Assembly: GCA_965235115.1 (NCBI GenBank)
Contig: OZ249442.1
Span: 2,914,001 to 2,978,000 of the forward strand
Direction of reading: 5' to 3'
DNA length: 64,000 nt
Source of the DNA: Laetmonice hystrix
Lineage: Eukaryota
The translations under genes were made by a program, and so were the position numbers. Under the pieces are notes generated by a model. The model ran no database searches. It saw only the letters and a list, made by a program, of their open reading frames with translations, and was not told the origin of the DNA. Positions 36,609 through 49,371 of the stretch are shown here, in pieces (the stretch's first letter is position 1; every line of letters starts with the position of its first letter).

Positions 36609-39600
36609 TTAAGAACCGCTGAACCACTTTCCACTCAGATTCCTTGTACCTCGGTAAAATATCACCGCATGAAGGAGTTTAAAGCTATGTTAGAATATCA
36701 CGTTAATAAAAAGAAATTTCAGTTTAATATTTATGATGATAATGATTCACCGTCTGGCCAGTATTACGTTTCTTGTTCAAGCCATACGCCTTGGGCCAGT
36801 TCCAACTGCCCAAGTAGGTTTTATATCCCGGCCTCTCATTACCGGCAAGTACAACGTATAAATTCTCTCCACAAGAGAACCTTACTGTGGCCTGATAAAC
36901 CCATACAGTTCTGAAATCATCTCTGGCCTATCTTTAAATTTTAAAGTACGATCTCGTACAGGGTGGTTGTTGCTCCTGAGCCTGTTTGTCGGGTGTGGAT
37001 GTTGTTACGATCTGAGCAGGACCAGTATTGTGACCTCCCTGAACACTCCAAGCTCCAAGGCCGTGGTTCATAACCCCATTGTTTTATCCAACACGTCACT
37101 GATCCAACTACCCCCCCCCCCCCCACACACACACACACTCGTGCACGGGCGACTGCTTACAGACTGACCACGTTCTCTGTCCAGGCGGGCGGGTAGGGTT
37201 GCCATTTGACACAATGTTTGGAAAGTCTCTGTGTGTCTGTGCTGGATTACTGAACCAGTTTAAAAGTTGTGATCATTGGAATTGTACGCCGTGGAGGAAG
37301 AATATGCCAAGGAACTTTTGTGTAACTGAGGCCAGGAGATCACTTTGTCTCGGTGCAGTTCTAGGAGAGTATTTGTCGTCACACGAGAAACACTGGCACA
37401 GAGTGGAAGAAAGTCGAGAACCGGGATAGGATACCTTGTCATCGGAACGCCTGAGTTGGTGAAATCACCAGATACAAGCCATCACCTGTACAAGTGGTTC
37501 AAACCACGACACTGTGTGTCAGAGACTCTATCTTCTCCACCTAAAGACAGTCTTGTGGGTTTCCGTCGGCAGCGATCGCGAGGCAGGTATTTGGTGAACT
37601 TCTCTACTTTGTGAAATTGATTTGCACGTCCACCCTGACTGTTGTAACGGAGTTGTTTACATATGTCACCACTGTCATCATTCTCACCAGTTAAAGGGCC
37701 AAGCGAAATGGCACGTAACGTCGTTTTAAAATCGTATTTCATGTACCCACCCTATCCTACCCCCACCCCACACTACCCCCACCCCACACACACACCCAGG
37801 CCGACACGTGTGGTGTTGGGGTGATACATAGAACTACCCTCCAGGCCAAGATTTATCAGTGTTGATCTAAAAACGTTGATGCTGTTACCATGTATCAACA
37901 ATGTGTTTTTATCATCTCCGTTCAATCGGACCAGTTCAACCTGTCCCGGCGACCACATACCGCCTGTCTAGCTGTCCATTCATACGGGAATCATTCATGT
38001 ATTTTTTGGATGTGCACCCCTCCCCTCCCCTTACACACGCATCCCTTACAAATTCTCCTAATGTTAACCTCCGACGTTCATTCAACGTCGGCACACTTTG
38101 GGTTTCAATGTGTCCAACTACTGACACAGGCAATGTCGGACAGTACATTTTGTTTGGCATCACGAATATAAAATATTAAATGTGCACATCAGCACCCTCG
38201 GCACTTAGCCATTGAGGTCACCTGACATAGATTAACTGACCTGCGAGGGTATCCCAACGGGTAGATTCAAAATGTTAGTTTAATGTTCACTTGGAGCTAA
38301 CGCTTTTATTGCATGTGTTTTTAACCTACATGCCAGCTTTCATGGTCCCTGGCTGAGCTGTGCCATGATAATCAAACTGTGCAAAGCAAAATTACTATCT
38401 GAGCAAGACTGGCCACCAAAATGGTCACATTTCTAACGTACCCCACTCAGAGTTAATCTTTTATTATGAAACTGATAACAAGTAGACTTTGTCATGTACA
38501 TGTATGTGTTCATTGCCCTGATTGCCCAATCGTAATATAACCGGTTATATGCTGCGTCGACTGTGTAATAACTTGTACGACATTATCTGGAACGATAACT
38601 TCTACCACTGCCGGAAACCTTGCGACTTGTAGCAATTCCACCAATTCGTCTTGACTTGTGCCAGTGGTGATGCCCTGCTAACGTAGACTTCCAAGGGTAA
38701 ACCTTTAGAAGTCTCGGCCTGCAGGGCTGGTTCCTAGAATGGTTTGCCCAGAGGACGTTAGGATCATAGGGTACTGGTTGGGAGGAAGGTTCTGAGAAAT
38801 CCTCCTGGAGTGAGCTATGTAAGTACAAGGTTAACTCCTGCTGGCTCCAACCGAAGGCGCTGGTTCTCTCAGCCTCAGTACTCGGACAGAACAGGCAGTT
38901 ACGCACTCAGATCTCCAGCCGACCTGGCACTTATATAAAGGTTCCAGGCTATGTATCAGCACATCTGGTCTGTGTTTGCCCCGGACCTACCCCTTTACCA
39001 CTTGAGTGCTACAACCAACCTATATTTTCTCCCAAACCCGACCTGCCAAGACTTTTCGCTATCTCACCATCACTATAGGGTCTGGGGTGGGTATTCCTCA
39101 ATCCTGAATATTGATATTACTGACGGCGATAAAATCATAGGTAGTAGGCTACTGTCTTATTAAGTGGGGAAGAGTACAAAGCTACTACCAGTAACCTGTA
39201 TCTATAGAGACAAAGATTTACAAAGGACTTTTCCCCATACTATGGGAAGAACCCCTATACCTTCAATTAACACATGAGCGTTTTGGTCAGGGCCCGATGG
39301 ACAAACTGAGTCTACATAAAAATTTTGTCACAGCTCCAGTCTGAGTTTGTCATATATATATTCATGCTCAGTTTTCATTCTCATATTTAGTTTTTTGTTG
39401 TCCTGAGATATAAAGTGGTCTATCACATGATCACTGACATTTTATACCGCTGGTACGTAACCCGCCAGACCTGCGTCTGCTAACCTCACCACTGGAGTTT
39501 ACTCTCATCTATCGTACTCCCGTGAACATCAGGAATGACTTACTATCTCCCCTGGCATGAAGTCAATGTCAGCACACCCATTATCACCAGGCCCTATAAT

Positions 39601-40369
39601 TCATAATCTAAAACGGCTCACTTCAGTCACAACCCACTACACACCCACACACCCAGTCATACGTTACTGGTAGTAGTGGTACCACTACCGCTAATTAACA
39701 TAAATTAAATCATTGAACTGCAGTTGGACAGAGGGGTGTTTTTGTAATTTGTGGACTGGGGACGGCCCTGTCCAAGATGTAGATGACAGCACTAAGCTCA
39801 GACTCCAGGCTCTATAAAAATACCTCTTGTTGCACCTGTAATCAAGCAAGCCTTGGCTTTTGCATGGTATCGATAACACATCATCCAAATGCACCTAAAT
39901 TCTATGTCCATGTTCAGAAATACTCACTATGCACAATAACTGGCAGCCAAACCAGTCTTCTAGATAATGGAACAATCCAATTTTAATAGTAAGAAGTTTT
40001 ATTTTTCAACCTGTACAAGTGAATAGAATCAGAATACTAGGTCAACAGCACAGTACCGGTACGCCTTGGATAGACCTCACTGAGCATAGATTCTTGTTTT
40101 AAAGAGGATAGGCCCATCCTGCCATTCATCATCCATGTACATGTGTACATACATGTGTAAGAGTGTATTAGACAATGTAGACCATCAGCTGCTGACCAGA
40201 TGAAGAAAAGGAGATAAAATTAACTTCGATTAGGCTACACTGTGTGAGCAAGTCCCTCCCACCCCGCCGGCCCAGCCAATTATTGCCCCGACCCCTCCAC
40301 CCTTTCCCTATCCATATCCGGACCACAACTCCATGAGCTCCTAACCGGTCTTCCCCCTTCTCCTGATGG

Positions 40370-41365
40370 TGTACATACGGGGCTGCCCACTCCTGGGCTA
40401 ACCTCCATGGGCTCCTAACCCTTCCCCCTTCTCCTCTAGTGTATACCGGGGCTGCCCACTCCTGGACTAACTTGGCCCACTCCATGGACTTCTAGCCCTT
40501 CCCCCTTCTCCTCCAGTGTATGCCGGGGCTGTCCACCTCCTGGGCTAACCTCCATGGGCTTCTAACTCTTCCCCCTTCTCCTCCAGTGTATACCGGGGCT
40601 GCCCACCTCCTGGGCTAACCTGGCCCACTCCATGGACTTCTAGCCCTTCCCCCTTCTCCTCCAGTGTATGCCGGGGTTGCCCACCTCCTGGGCTAACCTC
40701 CATGGGCTCCTAACCCTTCCCCCTTCTCCTCCTGTGTATACCGGGGCTGCCCACTCCTGGGCTAACCTGGCCCACTCCATGGACTTCTAGCCCTTCCCCC
40801 TTCTCCAGTGTATGCCGGGGCTGGCCACCTCCTAAGCTAACCTGGCCCAATCCATGGACTCCTAGCCCTTCTCCTCCAGTGTATACCGGGGCTGCCCACC
40901 TCCTGGGCTAACCTGGCCCACTCCATGGACTCCTAGCCCTTCTCCTCCAGTGTATACCGGGGCTGCCCACCTCCTGGGCTAACCTGGCCCACTCCATGGA
41001 CTTCTTAACCCTCCCCCTTCCCCTCCAGTGTATACCGGGGCTGCCCACCTCCTGGACTAACCTGGCCCACTCCATGGACTCGTAACCCTTCTCCTCCAGT
41101 GTATACCGGGGCTGCCCACCTCCTGGACTAACCTGGCCCACTCCATGGACTCGTAACCCTTCTCCTCCAGTGTATACCGGGGCTGCCCACCTCCTGGAGT
41201 AACCTGGCCCACTCCATGGACTCGTAACCCTTCTCCTCCAGTGTATACCAGGGCTGGCCACCTCCTGGACTAACCTGGCCCACTCCATGGACTTATGAAT
41301 AGCCCTTCTCCTCCAGTGTATGCCGGGGCTGCCCACCTCCTGTGCTAACCTGGCCCACTTAGCCT
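40370..41365. repeat. Minisatellite, about 71-bp unit (composite in 5' part), about 14 copies
   Basis: CTCCATGGACTCCTAGCCCTTCTCCTCCAGTGTATACCGGGGCTGCCCACCTCCTGGGCTAACCTGGCCCA (e.g. 40861, 40932). Confidence 0.93.
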
Positions 41366-43327
41366 GGAGCAATCTAAACCCTCTTGTCACGCATGGAGTC
41401 TCCACAACTCCTCCAGCAGCGGGGAGCCCATCAACCCTGGAGGAAGCATACATCCCTCCAGTTAACCATCAGTAACATAATACCCCTCACTCTCTCCAAC
41501 CCTCCCTACAACACCCCCCACAAGGCCACAACACCCTCAGTTTATCTTTCAAAGCTTTCCTGCGGTCAGGGCACACACTATTGTGGTCAGGTTAGCAAGG
41601 AGGGCAAGGACTTGAGAAATAGAGCTGTCTGCTAGCTCCATTAAAGGTCTTAAAGCGGTACACTTATATTTGTAAATTATGTCTGTTTTTCAACATTTTC
41701 ACCCTAAAATAAAGACATTATTTTTGACAAAATAGCAGGTTACCAGTGCAAGTAGAACTTGCAGTTTGATGTTCATCATGCCATTTGACAATAACGGGAT
41801 TATGAATATCAACGGTTTATTATTTTGGGGGGCTCTATGACTGAGCAGCAGGCATGGTAAGGGTAGCCTTGGGGAGTAACCCTACTACAGACACCAAACA
41901 TTATCATTAGATAGGGGGTGCAGGGCGTGTTTTAATTTCTCTCATGACCTTGACCTAAATAATAAGATACCACAATGCTCCCAGGTTGAACTAGTTATAG
42001 GATCAGGTACATGCCATGGGACTCTGTGCCCATTTATCAGAGAACTAAATATCCACTGGCGGTGCCTGTACTATTCCGGCTGGCAAACTGTGTCGACGCA
42101 CTGGGTCCTTGAAAGGGTTTCATCTGGCCACAATAGGTGTCGTTGACAATATATCTATTAAAATTGATGACTTATGGCATATTATTGTGAAGGATTATGG
42201 TTACTGACAGAAAAATACCCTCTTGTGGGTAGATTTCAATTCGGAATTCTGACACTGCAGTGTAGGTCTGACTGTAAGGTGTATACTGTAGTCACTATAA
42301 AATCTAGGACTCCGCCTGTTGTATGTACCTAGAAACTCAGGGTCAACCTGAGTGATCAAAGTCTCATTACTGACTACTGAATGTTAGGCATATATAGACA
42401 CACATCCAAAAAATGAATAAGTGGTGCCAAGGAAAGGGGGGAGAATTACTTCCTGAACCCCCTCCCCCTGAATCCGCCTTCTGAATCCCCCTGAATCCGC
42501 CTAAGTAAAAAATTTATATTGCCATTAAGGGTCGACCCTGAGTAATAGGTTGTAGGTCTATTATTATTTTGTAGGTGGTAAACTTAAATGCTACATCACT
42601 AGGTACGTTCTGTGATGACTGTCAGCCCTAAGGAAGGGTCATCTTTACCTCCCCACGCCTATCTATTAAGTAATTACTGAGAATCTCAAAATTAGACATA
42701 CTTTTATATTTTTTAACAATTATTTTTGGTTGAATTTGTACAAATAAGTTCTTTGATATGAGCAAAGAATATAACAGCTGTATCAAAGTACACATTTTCA
42801 TGGAAATGCCCTGGTATATACTATTAGTACACCCGGCAGTACTGGCGGTAGACTTGAGACGTTAGTGTGGCAGTGTAGATGGTGTACCGTATGTCACATG
42901 TACATGTAGCATGGCCTACAGAGGCCTAATTCAGTACTTTCACAGTTTGTAAAATTATATTTTCTGGTAAATCTACAACAGACCTAGTCTAGCCACTGTG
43001 TAGGGCTGACAGTCATTCAGTGATTCACAGATCGATCAAGCAATGCCACTGGCCCTCTCACTCACCGAGTCAGTCCTCCATAGGCCTACACACGCTGCCT
43101 CCCGTGCTAGGCCAGGGAGGCTCTATATCCAGGCCTTTACTAGCACGGCCTATTCGTAGCCCTTTTAACTAAGTATGCCGCATCACTTCATTTCAAGAGC
43201 TGCCATGTTGGTATCAAGCATTTTAATCCTCTGCTAGAGCATCGGTATCTATAGGCCGGCTATTGTCATAGCGATATTGTCCAGGGGTCATTGAAAAGGA
43301 CTCTAGCCAGTCTAGGCCTATGCTTAC

Positions 43328-43814
43328 CTTCAAGATCCACGACTCGCCCCGCCCTCTTCAGTGCCTTCACCGCCTCGTCGTGGGTAGCATCCCTCAGATC
43401 TTCGCCGTTTACGGACAAAATAGCATCGCCAACGTAAAGCTTTTCCGTTTTGTCCGCTGCCATATTCTTGAATATCTTGCTGATGAGGATGGGCATTTTG
43501 TTTTCTTTGCCACCCTTGATTGAAATCCCGAGCCCATTCTGTTCCTCCTTAACTACACGCACGATACGTTTCTGCCCGGCGATCGACTCTGGTAGCGTCG
43601 ACTGGGTACCACCACCACCACCACCTCCCCCATCATGACCCCCGTCCGTTGACCGCCCTGTGTTGTCGGATGAGCCATTTGTCAACGCAAATCCATCGGA
43701 ATTTTCATCCAGACTTAGCACTAGCGCATCATCGGTAAGAGTACAAAAGACTCGGCACCACTGCTGCCGAATGAAGACCTCGAGCAGACCAGACCGTCCT
43801 GCCCCTGCCGCCAT
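43328..43814 (-). CDS. SNTB1: Beta/alpha-type syntrophin, first coding exon (N-terminal half of split PH domain + PDZ domain)
   Basis: [13 protein letters not shown]...LVLSL then [64 protein letters not shown]; ATG in AAGATGG context; donor G|GTAAGC at 43328/43327; 487 nt, phase 1. Symbol denotes closest family, not strict orthology. Confidence 0.93.
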
Positions 43815-44930
43815 CTTGACTTGTGGTCGCACTCACAGCCTGCCGAGGACTGAGCCACGTGACGCGGGGAGGCTGGCTGTGTTGGCGGCCACCACACGGG
43901 CAGCGCTGGCGGTGTCTGGCGGCCACTACGGCCAGCTCAGCCGGTCAGGGAGACAGCAACGATCCACGTACTACGGCAGCTAGCTAGGCCAAGCCCCGCC
44001 CGTCTGTGCACGCATACGGTAAACTCAACTCCAATATTAAAGTGCTAGCTTGTTCGTTGCCTTTGCTTTGCTTGCCATGCAGATGCAAGCTCACGCTACA
44101 TGCATTATTCAAGCCGCGCTGGTGTGACTGTGAGTGTGAGTTGCGTGTAGCTCGAAGCTGCATACATGTAGCTAGCTACCTGGCTACCAGTAGCCTACCA
44201 GGGTCAGTCAAGATTACCGTAGCATATCCCAAAGCAAAGGTGGGATAGGCATACTCGAGCCTCAAATCAAAGCCAGTCCTAAGCCAAGGGCAGGCTGCTT
44301 GCTGCTATTGATATGGTCTCTTTAACTTAAGTAGTTTAAGTCTACAAACCTCCAATTCACTATAAGGCTCCATGCACAGAAAGGCCACTTCAAAAAAATA
44401 TTAATAAATGACCAAAGTTCATGCACTCGATCGTACCAAGAATAGGCCTAGGCTAGTATTAGGCCGAGCCTTAAAAAAGTAGATTACTACCTAGGCCTAA
44501 TTGATGATGCAGATGTGGATGATGCAGACCGTCATCTCAGACCGTCAGCTGGTGGTCATGGTCCAGCTGCGAGGCGATATGTCAGATCTACCTCAGTCAT
44601 AAATCGCATTATCGGACACCATTAATAATACCGTAATAGCTTGTTGTGTATCATAGAGATGGATTCCATCCTTATCCTATAAAACATATTGCCAAAAATG
44701 TTGGAAGTGCTTGGCGTGGACGACGTCCTGGGCTGAGGGAAGATTGCTGCCTCCTTCTCTTTCCAATTAGCCTAGGTATAGGCCCCCTACAAGGTTTATT
44801 CCCACTTTTGTTGTAATCAAAACTTCTTTCCCTGTAGGCCCTAATATAGGGTAGATCTAGGCCTACCGGGTAGCACTGTTCCCCTACTCAGCCCAAGGCG
44901 GGTATTACTTACTTGAGGACATTACATTAG

Positions 44931-45196
44931 CAGTGGCGGATCCAGGATTTGGTTAAGGGGGGCATGGTGCAAATTTTGTTAAGAGGAGGGTGAAAAAATC
45001 GGACGATTTCATTATATTCATTTCCTCCATTAACAAAGTAGAATATATCAATAAAAAGTTGTAATAGTCTCAGTCTGGATATCAATGGGCCATAACAAAA
45101 GATAGGCCCATCTCAAACTGTTCAGTTCTTTTCAAAAGACAAACAATAGCCTATAATAGGCCCCTGTGCCCCCCCCCCCCCCTGGATCCGCCACTG
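44931..45196. mobile_element. MITE in the syntrophin-CNOT10 intergenic region
   Basis: Perfect 16-bp TIR CAGTGGCGGATCCAGG / CCTGGATCCGCCACTG; TSD unclear. Confidence 0.85.
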
Positions 45197-45394
45197 TGTT
45201 ATGCCCTATTTGTATTTTCGCCACACTTTTCACATTGCACCTGGGCTGGGACAGTCTGTGTCTAGCTTGGCATGGAATTCGGTTAGGAGAGTAATTATGT
45301 CAATTACAAACTAAACTGTGAACTGTGTGTTATGTAACATAGCTCTGATATGTATCATGTATGATGAACCTTATTTCATTCAGCTATTATGACC

Positions 45395-45515
45395 CTGCTG
45401 CCATCTAGCGATAAGTTTGTAAACGACTGTAGTTAACGGAAGTAGATGGCGCTGTGTACAGCGAAGAGTCGGCATCATGGCGGACAGTTGAACTAGGATT
45501 GCAACAAGCGTTAGT
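45395..45515 (+). promoter_or_regulatory. CNOT10: Probable CNOT10 promoter / 5' UTR exon
   Basis: ETS CGGAAGT (45437) overlapping YY1-like AGATGGCG, CTCF-like motifs, candidate donor GTTAGT at 45510. Confidence 0.5.
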
Positions 45516-46079
45516 ACTTTGTGATAATTTTATAGTTATTCTCAGTAAGAAATCTTAAAACACGTTGGGGTTACTCACAGTTCTACAATTACGTATTTAT
45601 GTATTCGTTCATACATGTAAGTAGAATACTGGACTGACTATCGTGACATATCATGACATGGGTGGTAGTTTGGTCGGTGTGACTTGTTCCAACTCCAACT
45701 CCAAGTTATTGCCAGTAACATGGCCCTGCAGAAGTTGAGTAAAAAAAACCTAGTTGATGGGGTTGACTTGAGTTTGTTGTTAACCAACCAGTTTACTGTT
45801 GTAGTTGTACTGTACCAGGGACCGCGGAAGCGGGGTGGGGGCAGCTTCAGTCCCCCCCCCTTTTTTTTTTGAGAGCCCTTCCACTTCCAGGCTTCCAAAT
45901 TCTGAATAGATTATTTTTTTATAAATTTATTAATATTAGACTCTATACCCTGTCAGTTATTATGATTCATGAATCGAACTTGAACGGATTAGACTGAAAC
46001 TGAAAATACGACTCTTCTCGCCATTTGAAATGAATATATTTTGACTGATTCAGTAACTCAGGATTGTGAAAGGATCAGG

Positions 46080-46346
46080 ATGGCTGATGCTCAGGTTGAA
46101 GAAGTCGTACCAGAACGTGTTGATGTGCCACCAAGTCTCCCCCCTGTCACTGAGGCAGAACGAGAACTTGCACAGCAAGCAGCCGATGAATTTGAAGCTT
46201 GCCATTATGAAGTGTGTGCAAACCTTCTCCAGAAGTTGAGTGTAACACGTGGGACAGATCCTCGACTACTCCATAACAGAGCTGTGGTTGATTTCTACTG
46301 GTCAGGATGTTCCAAGACAGCTGAATACAAACAGGCAATCTCTGAG
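46080..46346 (+). CDS. CNOT10: CCR4-NOT subunit 10, coding exon 1
   Basis: MADAQ...AERELAQQAADEFE...LLHNRAVVDFY; donor GTGAAT; 267 nt. Confidence 0.85.
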
Positions 46347-46520
46347 GTGAATAATAATAAATAATAAATGTCTAGTTCCATAATGGGTTTATTAGAAGCA
46401 AATCCTAGAAAATACTGTAAACTATTGTTGTAAGGAAATATTTATCTTGCCTTTTTACATGTAACTAAATGATTTTTTGTCTAGAATGTCACTTAACAAA
46501 GTATATTTTCATTTCTCTAG

Positions 46521-46671
46521 TCGCAGGTAGATGTCAGTAATCTTGCAGCTCTTGATGACGTTGACCAATGTGTGCTCTTCTACAACCATGCTGTTCTCCT
46601 CTACCACCTCAGGCAGTACAAGACTGCCTTGACAGTTATGGACAAGCTCTTCCAGTTTATTGAGCCTTTGG
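46521..46671 (+). CDS. CNOT10: CNOT10 coding exon 2
   Basis: LDDVDQCVLFYNHAVLLYHLRQY...LFQFIEP matches CNOT10 TPR; acceptor could also be 46527; donor GTGAGA. Confidence 0.9.
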
Positions 46672-47944
46672 GTGAGAAAAACTAAGATGACTTTGTTTCC
46701 AATGCTTTTCTTTCTTGCTTTCTGAATAGTGCACTGTCAGTGATTGATTGATATCAACATTTTGTAAAGATTTTGTTAAATGTATGAGGCCAAAATGAAA
46801 ATATGAAAGGATATTGTTGATTTGTTCTTGATGTAGATGAAATAAATCTATTAAAAGGGTTTTTATTTAATGGAGTCACACCTTGTTAATCGAAGCACCT
46901 TGGAGTTTTGACTTCCAACAAAAAAAGACCGCTGCTAGAATCATCATTTCAGCTTTGTAGACAGCTTTGTCTAAATTCTACACAACTATGTCATCATATC
47001 AGCAGAATTTAACAAAGGAATCTAGAGATTAATAAGAACAAATACTTTGATTTCAAAATGCTGGATTAACAAGTTTTGAATACTTCATTATTGAAGTATC
47101 TCACATGATTATGTGGTTTTATTACCAAGAGACTCCAATATTGACAGTGCATTCTCGGAGTCCATTTTATGTTGTGAATTAACCATTGATTGTTATTGTT
47201 GGCAGTTTTCGAGAAGATTAATAATGTTGACATTGCCTTGAATGGCAGTAAAAGTTGCTTGTATTTCTTGGTATCTAAGGACTGTTGCATAGACTGGCAA
47301 TTTCAAATTTTGAGTTTTTTCCAAGTTTTTTAATTGCCAAATGTAAGATAATAGAAATGTCCATGATAGTTGAGTTTTGCTGTATGCAGAGTGCATTTGG
47401 TTCCCCCCATTTATTGTATAAGTCATTCCATGTAATAATGGATGCCTTGTTTGTTTGTGAACCACTATGTGTAATACATGTCGAGTTTAGGCTAAATTTA
47501 CTTCATTACTGGGCATGTGTGTTGAGGTGCACCATTACATAATATTATACACCTGGCCCAGCTAAGCAATCTGATTGGTCCATTTGTACCACGTGACCGT
47601 CCCGAAAATTTTGATATTGGATGGTAAAATACGATATTGGACGGTTCGCTCTGGAAACCATAGAGACGACGTCCAAGTAGATCTAAATGATAAGAGCAGT
47701 CCTGCCCGGCTGCCCAGGCTAATTCTAGATGATAAGATGGATAAGATAAGATGGATTTAACTATAGTAACTAGTTAATGGGGTTCTAAAGTTAATGTGTC
47801 CAATTGTCACATAAACCATGGTTACAGAAAATGTGTTCATTAAAGTTTAACCTACATAATTTTCATAAGCGGGTGTTCTCGACTTTATTAATATATGGGA
47901 TTATCAATATTTTACTTAGGCCCTATATAGACCTCTATAGGTGT

Positions 47945-48100
47945 ATAATATAGCAAGTGTTGGATGGCAGTTCGTCCACTATACAGTTTACGGGACTCTG
48001 AAAAGCGATAATGGACTCGGCTTCGCCTCGTCCATTATCGCTTTTCTTCGTCCCGTAAACTGTATAGTGGACTCGCCGCCATCCAATATTTGTATATTAT
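47945..48100. mobile_element. Near-perfect palindromic non-autonomous element fragment
   Basis: 23-bp (GTCCACTATACAGTTTACGGGAC) and 17-bp (GAAAAGCGATAATGGAC) perfect arms around TCGGCTTCGCCTC. Confidence 0.75.
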
Positions 48101-49371
48101 TGTTGTATTTCTGAGACACATCACCAACATCAGTAAACACACCAGGTGTATATGTTTATTGATAATCTTTGTTATGTTCCACATGAATACTAAGCGTTTA
48201 GTTTTGACCAGCTGGTGTTGAACCCAGTGTATCTCTGTACAGTTGATAAATTAATTTTACCCATAGATCTGGCCATCCTACATGCTTACCATACACGTTC
48301 AGTGCATTGCCTTTACCCTGATCATTCTGGTGCCAAATCTCTGGAAAAATCTTTACCGTGTTTTTAAATGGGCTCTCAGATTTTTCATTTTTATGCAAAA
48401 ATAAGAGTTGCAGTATTATTTCTTATTTTCATGAAAAAGAAGATATTCCCTAGAATTCTTTTTATTTCAAGGATGGGATAAGAAAAATGGGATAGTATTT
48501 CTTTGAGAGTCAGTTTTGGTGAGTTTTAAAGGATAATCTGGTCATTATTCTTGTGTTAATTTATCAACATTTACAGTTTTATGGTACATGTATCTGTTAA
48601 TCTTGATTCTTGCCATAGACCCTCACTGTCATTAACAGTTCATGCCAATTCTGTGTAGACCTATGGAAACCAAATGCACCCCTGCCATACTGCTTATAGT
48701 AGTCACCTCACATGCCTATACCTGCATCTTTCTGATCTTGGGAAAGCTTGTTGAGTGATATCTGGCCCGTTTTCACATGCTGCGGTATAGATCGCAAGAT
48801 TGCGACCACCGCATCGAGCTACCAGGGGCACCACAGCACAGGTAACGACCACTTCAGGCTAATCCAAATGACCTTTCAAGGACTGGGGTCACCTGCTCAT
48901 ATCTCGGACTCTGCTGAGACCAAATTGAGCATTAATCCATCCTAAAACCAGTGGTTCTATTTGAGGGTTTTTAGACACAATGGTGTATTTTAAAAATGTG
49001 TTCAAAATCTATTAGAAAAAAAGAGATTTCATTGTTTTGCTCTTTTGTTACACTTTTGAAGATGGGCCAAATTGATCATGCATAAAAACAACATTGTATA
49101 TATTTAGAAGTTGTTTTTTAAAGTTTTTTAGGAGTTTTAAATTATTTTTGGTGTTCTTCGTTTTTCCACTAGTAATTTATGAGACTAATAACCTTAAGAA
49201 GGTTGATAAATTCCCTTTCAATGTAAGGATTCATTAAGAAAGTCTGTAGTTGATTATACTAGAAAAACTTGTAGGGCCACTGAATTTTATGATGATGGCT
49301 ATAAAGACAACTTTAGGCCAATGGATTGTGATATTTAAGGCATGTGTATGTTGGAACCTTGAGATTGAAGT

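Noticed and set aside
38560-38940. Protein-like minus-strand reading (SQDELVELLQVARFPAVVEV...) behind a TATA-like motif
   Set aside because: Short, interrupted by stops and not recognisable; possibly a decayed TE.
1-43327. Downstream syntrophin exons (VKY.REV, second PH, SU domain)
   Set aside because: Looked for on the minus strand by eye (e.g. REVT at about 37030) without a convincing match; they need tBLASTn or lie outside the window.
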